A stretch of 62,052 nt of DNA, counting the filler, from Nemertoderma westbladi (lineage: Eukaryota; Animalia; Xenacoelomorpha): assembly GCA_032718475.1 (NCBI GenBank). It is 3 parts of 3 records of this genome, joined end to end, with 100 filler letters (N's around TTAATTAATTAA, not from the genome) between each part and the next. Parts side by side here need not be neighbours in the genome. Positions count along the whole stretch, not along the records: positions 31,746 to 57,828 come from JAUCBJ010004397.1; positions 57,929 to 62,052 come from JAUCBJ010000148.1; 1 more part is not named here. The stretch is one strand, 5' to 3'. Position 1 is the stretch's first letter. Each line of letters begins with the position of its first letter. Under the pieces are notes generated by a model, which searched no databases, had not been told where the DNA came from, and was given only the letters and a program-made list of their open reading frames with translations. The position numbers and the translations under genes are program-made. Of the stretch, positions 53,438-62,052 are shown piece after piece.

Positions 53438-56397
53438 CTAAAGAAGACCTTGCCGTTTTTGCGCCATAGCGTGTTTAAACGAGAGTGTTGGAATGACAAC
53501 AGGACCCTCAACCAGAACATATGTTCCACATTCCTTTGGAAGAGCAACAGGACCGGATACCATCATCCATTCCTGCCCATTGCTTTTGCCTTTTAGGGTC
53601 CTCTTTGGGCTATTAGGTCCTTTTGATTTTCCTTTTGCTGACCGCGACTTTATTTTATTTCTTCTGGGAAACGTTTTTGCCCGTTTGTGCCGAGGGTTTT
53701 GTCGACACCGATTACATATCGGGCTGGATCTCCTCCCAACTGCCGACCTATTCCGAGACCCTATTATTTTACTTTTTGGCCGCTTTGTATTTCTACTTTT
53801 CGATTTACTTCTACTTCTTCTTTTTGAGCGTTTTGTATTTCTACTTTTTGCTTTGATTCTACTTGTGGTCCCTCTTGTTTTTCTACGTCGTGCCTTATTT
53901 CTACTTTTGGAACTTCTTCGAGTACTACTTTTAGCTTTAGTTCTACTTTTGTTACCTTTAGTAGTTCTACTTTGTGCTTTATTTCTACTTTTGGAGCTTC
54001 TTCGGGTTCTTCTTTTAGCTTTACTTCTACTTCTACTTTTTGACCTTGTTGTTGTTCTACTTTGTGCTTTATTTCTACTTTTGGAGGCTCTTGAAGTTCT
54101 ACTCTTTGATTTACTTCTACTTCTACTTTTTGACCTTGTTGTTGTTCTACTTTGTGCTTTATTTCTACTTTTGGAGGCTCTTGAAGTTCTACTCTTTGAT
54201 TTACTTCTACTTCTACTTTTTGACCTTGTTGTTGATCTACTTTGTGCTTTATTTCTACTTTTAGAGGTTATTGAAGTTCTTCTTTTTGATTTACTTCTAC
54301 TTCTACTTTTTGACCCTGTTGTTGTTCTACTTTGTGCTTTACTTCTACTTTTAGAGGTTCTTGAAGTTCTTCTTTTTGATTTACTTCTACTTCTACTTTT
54401 TGTCCCTGTTGTTGCTGTAGTTTGTGCTTTATTTCTACTTTTGGAGGTTCTTGAAGTTCTTCGTTTTGATTTACTTCTACTTCTACTTTTTGTCCCTGTT
54501 GTTGTTCTACTTTGTGCTTTATTTCTACTTTTAGAGGTTTTTGAAGTTTGTCTTTTTGCTTTACTTCTACTTCTACTCACTCTTGAGTTCGACTTCCTGA
54601 TATTTGCTCTGCTTGACTTGCCGACTGTACTTCTTCCTTGACTAAACTTCCTTGAATCAGTTAAGCTTGGTATGCCAGCGGTGGCTTGACTAAACTTCCT
54701 GTCATCTGATGTGCTTAGTCTTCCCGTGGTAGCTTTACTAAATTTCCTGATATCTTCTGTGCTTGGTCTTCCAGAGGTAGCTTGACTAAACTTCCTGGCA
54801 TCTGATGTGCTTAGTCTTCCCGTGGTAGCTTTACTAAATTTCCTGATATCTTCTGTGCTTGGTCTTCCAGAGGTAGCTTGACTAAACTTCCTGGCATTTG
54901 ATGTGCTTAGTCTTCCCGTGGTAGCTTTACTAAATTTCCTGATATCTTCTGTGCTTGGTCTTCCAGAGGTAGCTTGACTAAACTTCCTGGCATCTGATGT
55001 GCTTAGTCTTCCCGTGGTAGCTTGACTAAATTTCCTGATATCTTCTGTGCTTGGTTTCCCAGCGGTGGCTTGACTAAACTTGCCGGAGGTAGCTTGACTA
55101 AATTTCCTGATATCTTCTGTGCTTGGTTTCCCAGCGGTGGCTTGACTAAACTTGCCGGAGGTAGCTTGACTAAATTTCCTGATTTCTTCTGTGCTTGGTC
55201 TTCCAGCCGTGGCTTGACTAAACTTACCGGAGGTAGCTTGACTAAATTTCCTGATATATCCTGTGCTTGGTAATCCAGCGGTGGCTTGACTAAACTTACT
55301 GGTACCTGGTTCAACGGCAACGTAACTGCTGGGATTCGTGGAGCTTGCTGAGTTTCGTCTTTCGGCGATAGTGTTTCTGGACTTCCTCGAACTTGCAGAG
55401 TTCCTTCTCCCGTCTGCAGTGTTGCTCGACTTTCGGGAAATTGCAGAATTTCGTCTCCCTACTCTAGTGTTGCTGGACTTCCTGGAAATTTCGGAGTTTC
55501 GTCTCCCGGCTGTAGTGGTGCTGGACTTCCTGGAACTTGCAGAGTTTCGTCTCCCGGCTGTAGTGGTGCTGGACTTCCTGGAACTTACAGAGTTTCGTCT
55601 CCCTACTGTAGTGTTGCTGGACTTCCTGGAACTTTCGGAGTTTCGTCTCCCGGCTGTAGTGTTGCTGGACTTCCTAGAACTTGCAGAGTTTTGTCTCCCT
55701 ACTGTAGTGTTGCTGGACTTCCTCGAACTTGCAGAGTTTCGTCTCCCTACTGTAGTGTTGCTGGACTTCCTGGAACTTGTGGAGTTCCTTCTCCCGTCTG
55801 CAGTGTTGCTGGACTTCCTCGAACTTGCAGAGTTTCGTCTCCCTACTGTAGTGTTGCTGGACTTCCTCGAACTTGCAGAGTTTCGTCTCCCTACTGTAGT
55901 GTTGCTGGACTTCCTCGAACTTGCAGAGTTTCGTCTCCCTACTGTAGTGTTGCTGGACTTCCTCGAACTTGCAGAGTTTCGTCTCCCTACTGTAGTGTTG
56001 CTGGACTTTCTTGAACCTGCAGAGTTTCGTCTCCCTACTGTAGTGTTGCTGGATTTCGTGGAACATGCAGAGCTTTTTCTTTCGGGGGCAGTGTTGTTTG
56101 ACTTCTTGGAACTTGCAGAGTTTCGTCTGGCGATGGTAGTCTTACTGGACTTTTTGGAAACTGCTATGCTTGGTCTGCCCATACTGGAGTAATTCGATTT
56201 TCCATTGGTAGAGGTTTTGTTACTGGAATTACTAAGTCTCCTAACGGTTGAGTTATTGTCGAAACTGTTGTTCAGTGTATTATCTGAAGTAAGCGATGCA
56301 CTTATCATATCTCTTGACGTAACACTTCTCACCTCTAGCTTCTTTGGTGGTCCCTTTTTTAAGCTGCTGGTCAAATTTTCTTCAATCCTCGTTCCGG
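53438..56397 (-). CDS. Highly basic R/K/S-rich repeat protein (protamine-like/sperm nuclear basic protein candidate); large terminal exon, first in-frame ATG at 56308
   Basis: 2.9-kb stop-free frame with unique N- and C-terminal parts and three codon-multiple repeat blocks. Acceptor CACACAG| at 56398-56399 and upstream donor GTAAGT at 56702-56697. Confidence 0.7.
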
Positions 56398-56410
56398 CTG
56401 TGTGAGTATT

Positions 56411-56698
56411 AATAATATTAATGGCGAAGTTTAGAATCTAACAATAATATTAATGGCGAAGTTTAGAATCTAACAATAATATTAATGGCGAAGTTTAGAA
56501 TCTAACAATAATATTAATGGCGAAGTTTAGAATCTAACAATAGTATTAATGGCGAAGTTTAGAATCTAACAATAATATTAATGGCGAAGTTTAGAATCTA
56601 ACAATAGTATTAATGGCGAAGTTTAGAATCTAACAATAATATTAATGGCGAAGTTTAGAATCTAACAATAATATTAATGGCGAAGTTTAGAATCTAAC
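56411..56698. repeat. 32-bp tandem repeat x9 filling a predicted minus-strand intron (56398-56702)
   Basis: AATAATATTAATGGCGAAGTTTAGAATCTAAC units bounded by GTAAGT...CACAG on the minus strand. Confidence 0.95.
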
Positions 56699-56880
56699 TT
56701 ACAATGATTGTCAGAGGTGTATTTATTAGTGTTGTCGTTTTTGTTTATGTTTGAATGGAATTAATTTCTCCGATATAAAGTTTCTAAGTTTATTTCGCGG
56801 TGCGACTTTATTTCTCAGTGTGACCCTACGCAATACATTTACTATGTATTTCCAGTATAAATATATTCACATACCATCGT

Positions 56881-57160
56881 ACTTTATCGCGATTTAATTA
56901 ACTTTATCGCGATTTAATTAATTTTATCGCGATTTAATAAACTTTATCGCGATTTAATTAACTTTATCGCGATTTAATTGATTTTATTGCGAAATAAATC
57001 ATTTTTATCACGATTTAATAAATTTTATCGCGATTTAATTAATTTTATCGCGATTTAATTAATTTTATCGCGATTTAATTGATTTTATCGCGAAATAAAT
57101 CATTTTATCGCGATTTAATTAATTTTATCTCGATTTAATTAATTGTATCGCGATTTAAAT
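56881..57160. repeat. 20-bp quasi-palindromic minisatellite, ~14 copies
   Basis: AATTTTATCGCGATTTAATT units with ATCGCGAT core. Confidence 0.95.
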
Positions 57161-57828
57161 AACATAATTATATTGAAGAAATAAAATATCGAATAAAAAT
57201 ACCAAATGTATGCCATAGTTAGTTGCCCTTCCTATTGAATGCATTACCAGGCCATCTCTATACATTTTTCATGAGTGCCAGCTGGTGTTTTATCATTGCG
57301 CCTATATGGCAATTTTCGTGTTTTGGGGCTATTTTTCGAAATAAAACAAGTTGAGATGTTTCAATTTAAACCGCGATTTCACAAGTTCCCTTAGAAATCC
57401 ATTTTCATGGTCCATGCAAAATTTCATCCAAATCGTTAGAGCCGTTTTTGCTCTAGGTCAGTAGCCAGTAGTCAGTATCCAGTAGAGAGTACCTTTTTTA
57501 TTTCTTATTACAGTAATCAAGTCTAACGACTTGCTAAAATTTTAAAACTTACAAAAATGGAATAGGCCAGAATCCAACCAACGGCCCTTACATTCATAAC
57601 TCAACGTGCTATCCAGTATCTATTAAGCTAATTTGGTTATATTATTATCCACTAGGCTATTTTGTAACACTAAGTACTGCCAACAAAACGAGGGCCAAAT
57701 GCTATGAAGTGCTATTTTATGAACAATGACGTACATAGTTATTATTCGAAAATGGAAATATTATGTAAATCCGAAGGTGGGAGAGATGTAAATAATGTAG
57801 AACTTTATACGGCGTGCGACTATTTACG

Positions 57829-57928
57829 NNNNNNNNNNNNNNNNNNNNNNNNNNNNNNNNNNNNNNNNNNNNTTAATTAATTAANNNNNNNNNNNNNNNN
57901 NNNNNNNNNNNNNNNNNNNNNNNNNNNN
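57829..57928. other. Artificial contig spacer
   Basis: N44 + TTAATTAATTAA + N44. Confidence 0.98.
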
Positions 57929-58379
57929 TTAGTGATCTATCGAATAATACAATAGGTTTACACTGCAACCTTACACTGCAATAATAAAATCTAAGCATCC
58001 GAATTCAGCCTCCCGGGTGTAGATCCATCGGGTGAATGATCGCGCATGGGCTGGCTTCGGCTAATGTTTTGTTTATTAGCATAAAATATTGTCGTATGCT
58101 AAAGGTGTGTTAATTAACTAAAAGACATATAAATTTTGGCAGGTTAAACTGCTAAAGGTCTTCAAAAGCGCGAACAATAGCTAATATGACATAGAACATA
58201 AAAAAAAAAAAAACTAGCAAAAACTAGCTACTACAAAACAATGGGTACACATACTGTTGTAGTAGTGCCACTTAGATCCTGGGTGGTATCTACAGGTGCG
58301 ACCTCAGATCCTAGACGCGAACTCAGAGCGAACTTTGGGAACGATCTACATGAACAAAATCAGAATGAACAAAAATGAA

Positions 58380-59855
58380 CAATCTGGGAGTCTGTGGTTC
58401 TGTGTGGTTCTGGGGTGTTCTACAGACCCAATCTGGGAGTCTGTAGTTCTGGGGTATTCTACGGACACCATCTGGGTGTCTGTGGTACTGGAGTATTCTA
58501 CGGACACCATCTGGGAGTCTGTGTGGTTCTGGAGTATTCTACGGACACCATCGGGGAGTCTGTGTGGTTCTGGAGTATTCTACGGACACCAACTGGGAGG
58601 TTCTGGGTATTCTACGGACACCATCTGGGAGGTTCTGGGTTTTCTATGGACACCATATGGGATGTTCTGGGGTATTCTACGGACACCAACTGGGAGGTTC
58701 TGGGGTATTCTACAGACACCATCTGGGAGGTTCTGGGGTATTATACGGACACCATCTGGGACGTTCTGGAATATTCTACGGACACCAACTGGGAGGTTCT
58801 GGAGAATTCTACGGACACCATCTGGGAGTCTGTGGTACTGGGGTTTTCTATGGACACCATCTGGAAGGTTCTGGGGTATTCTACGGACACCAACTGGGAG
58901 GTTCTGGGGTATTCTACGGACACCATCTGGGGGGTTCTGGGGTATTCTACGGACACCATCTGGGAGGTTCTGGGGTATTCTACGGACACCAACTGGGAGG
59001 TTCTGGGGTATTCTACGGACACCATCTGGGAGGTTCTGCGGTATTCTACGGACACCAACTGGGAGGTTCTGGGGTATTATACGGACACCATCTGGGAGGT
59101 TCTGGAGTATTCTACGGACACCAACTGGGAGGTTCTGGGGTATTCTACGGACACCATCTGGGGGGTTCTGGGGTATTATACGGACACCATCTGGGACGTT
59201 CTGGAATATTCTACGGACACCAACTGGGAGGTTCTGGAGAATTCTACGGACACCATCTGGGAGTCTGTGGTACTGGGGTTTTCTATGGACACCATCTGGA
59301 AGGTTCTGGGGTATTCTACGGACACCAACTGGGAGGTTCTGGGGTATTCTACGGACACCATTGGGGGGTTCTGGGGTATTCTACGGACACCATCTGGGAG
59401 GTTCTGGGGTATTCTACGGACACCAACTGGGAGGTTCTGGGGTATTCTACGGACACCATCTGGGAGGTTCTGCGGTATTCTACGGACACCAACTGGGAGG
59501 TTCTGGGGTATTATACGGACACCATCTGGGAGGTTCTGGAGTATTCTACGGACACCAACTGGGAGGTTCTGGGGTATTCTACGGACACCATCTGGGGGGT
59601 TCTGGGGTATTCTACGGACACCATCTGGGAGGTTCTGGGGTATTCTACGGACACCAACTGGGAGGTTCTGGGGTATTCTACGGACACCATCTGGGAGGTT
59701 CTGCGGTATTCTACGGACACCAACTGGGAGGTTCTGGGGTATTATACGGACACCATCTGGGAGGTTCTGGAGTATTCTACGGACACCAACTGGGAGGTTC
59801 TGGGGTATTCTACGGACACCATCTGGGAGTCTGTATGGTTCTGGAGTATTCTACA
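58380..59855. repeat. 33-bp minisatellite GGAGGTTCTGGGGTATTCTACGGACACCA(T/A)CTG
   Basis: Directly visible. Stop-free in all three + frames. Confidence 0.97.
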
Positions 59856-60639
59856 GCATGCTTGATACCCATAATCATAATCTCTTCATACCCATAATTA
59901 GTCACTTCAGCTTGCACACACTCAACACACTTTATTGCTTCCTCGGTTATTGCCCTTTTCTGTTAGTGACGTGGTTGATACATACTGCTCATATTTATTA
60001 CCCATCCCGCCGAGATCAACGCTAGTTTTGGACATCGTTAACAATTTTAGAATAGGAATAAAATCGTTGAGACACCCTCTAATTTATATATTATAAATTC
60101 CTCTCATAAACCTTTCATTTCATTCTCACATGTTCACTTCGTGTTTCCTTTTAGGGGAGTGGGGCATGGCCCCCCTCAAATACTGGCCCCTCTCTCTCCC
60201 CCCCCCCCCCCCCCCCCCCCCTTGGAACCGACCGACACTGCACCTAACCGATGATGCTGCTATGCAATGCGGATATTTGAGACACGATTCAGCCTGGAAA
60301 GCATCTAACGAGAATACATCCCACGTAGTTGATGCCCTGCGATCCAGCCCCCCCCCCCCCCCCCAAAAAAAAAAAAACAGGCTAATTATTTATACGCGCC
60401 ACGAGATATAAATATAGTTACTAATAATATAGTTTATTATTATTAACATATTGTTCAAACATATTACAGGGTTAAGTTATTGTTATCATAACCATTACAG
60501 TATAGGATTCTGATCCTATTTCAGTTTAACTATATGTCCGCTAGAAAACATTAAGATGATCAGGCACATTATTGCATTAAGAATTGTAGGCTTAGGGGCT
60601 TCGTTCAGTCATACAGTACGACATGTGGTGGAATATTAT

Positions 60640-62038
60640 TCAAACGTCTTTGTCATCCTCATCTAACCAAAGTCCTTTACCTCGTAAATAAGTCTGACAA
60701 CCGGAAGGGGGAACTTCGGAGAATAAACTCATTTGGAAACACGATGATCCAGTGTATTGTCTACCATCTTCCCCTATTATTCTCTCCAACCATCGACGCA
60801 ATCGAAGTATATGTGTCGTCGGTCTCTTCCATTCGGTTTTTAAATCTTCAGCAAGCATTGTTACGTCATCTGGTGTTGGTAGGATAGCTTTCTTATTAAT
60901 GGTTTTTATATCAGCAAATGGGGGAAGTTTCTTGTAATAATAAAATACAGGATGCAGAAAATTGGACTCCCAAGCGTCTTCAGCATAAGCACCTTTTGCT
61001 CTATCTTCTCTCAAAGTATCTGCACCGGGAAATGAAAAATTAGCTCCAAATTCGAGAGTGATAATAAGAATTGATCGCTGTTTCAATAAATGACCTGTTG
61101 TTTCTTCCAGTTTGTGTATCAGATTTACTGGAAACTCTTCAAGGTGCTCCATCGTCTTACTAGCGTGGTCTAAGAGTAAAACCTCACCTAATACACCGAA
61201 CATCTGGTAACCACCACTCATCTCATTAACTCGCTTGATTACATGATTCAAAAGATTATTGTAACTCAAATTAACCGAAGGCCAAAGCACACTATGGTGT
61301 TCCCATTCCAACATACGCGATAGGGCGCGTGTTGTGTAACGAAAGCCATGTATAAAGCCACCGGCAGACTTCTTATAATCCAAAGAGTGTGCAAGCGGCC
61401 CCAACATGTACATCCCTGGGATCGCCATGTATTTCTGGTCTATCAAAGGGAATTTTTTTAAGCCACCCTCATTTGATGCCGGATTTGGTTTAATAGACCC
61501 GTGAAAAACTTCAAAGTCAAATTGAAACCCGAGACATGTGATAACAACATCGTAAAAAAGAAAGGAGGGGTGATCCTGGTTGGTAATTGTATGTTTTTGG
61601 AAAGTGTCAGGGTCAATATAATATAGGCAAATTCGATTGCTAAAACATTTTTCAAATCCTATCGAATCAAAGGAAGAATCTAAAATTGTGTTTAATGACT
61701 TGAGTTGGTATGTGTCTATAAATCCAGTGTTTATAGCCCTCACGTCTCCTACATAATGTGTCTGCCAGGAAAGAGCGACTCTTGAGGTACTAGCCATATG
61801 AATACTAGCAGCCACGTCTTTCAAATGATCTGCCGTTTCAAAACCGCTGTTGCCTTTCCCAAGAATTAACAGCGTCTTGCCTTCATACAACTCGGGATCT
61901 AAACTCATGGAGTCGTATGAAATTAATAAACCTTCGCTATTGAATATATTTTCTGGCATATACGGTCTGGACAAACCGGTTGCAATTAATAACAGACCAC
62001 AGGTATAAAACGCACGATTCCCATCACTAAATATGTAT
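60640..62038 (-). CDS. FOXRED2: FAD-dependent oxidoreductase domain-containing protein 2, large 3' exon (5' part beyond window)
   Basis: LLIATG...ILGKGNSGFETAD...SWQTHYVGDVRAIN...DTYQLKSL...KSAGGFIHGFRY...SGGYQMFGVL...SNFLHPVFYYY are FOXRED2 motifs. Candidate acceptor CCTTTTAG| at 62039-62040; the frame is also open to the window edge. Confidence 0.9.
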
Positions 62039-62052
62039 CTAAAAGGTAACTT

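Noticed and set aside
53493-56192. Hydrophobic + strand ORFs (382 aa, 284 aa) resembling membrane proteins
   Set aside because: Antisense shadows of the R/K/S repeat ORF.

Overview
Eukaryotic DNA, most likely from a non-vertebrate animal. It is three unrelated contigs joined by artificial 100-bp spacers (N44-TTAATTAATTAA-N44 at 31646-31745 and 57829-57928). Contig 1 (1-31645) is rich in transposon debris: an RTE LINE 3' end, a BEL/Pao tail with LTR, an 880-bp hAT element with TSD, CRE-like LINE 5' fragments, a deleted Gypsy and a decayed WRN/EXD2-type exonuclease. It also holds a 15.3-kb 28-bp satellite and a tandemly duplicated orphan ORF cassette headed by a G:U-rich long hairpin. Two probable minus-strand exons (27062-26572 and 1318-1010) appear to bracket much of this as one ~25-kb intron. 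Contig 2 (31746-57828) holds two exons of axonemal dynein heavy chain DNAH1. Its AAA2 P-loop is split by a 16.7-kb intron carrying a 13.2-kb 27-bp satellite in which every unit has an AG|GT motif in the same phase and open frame as the real junction. The next intron holds SINEs, a 26-bp satellite and a nested antisense gene for a ~960-aa protamine-like R/K/S repeat protein. Contig 3 (57929-62052) holds a 33-bp minisatellite and the large 3' exon of FOXRED2. Most long ORFs in the supplied track are satellite read-throughs. Family assignments are from remembered motifs, not database searches.
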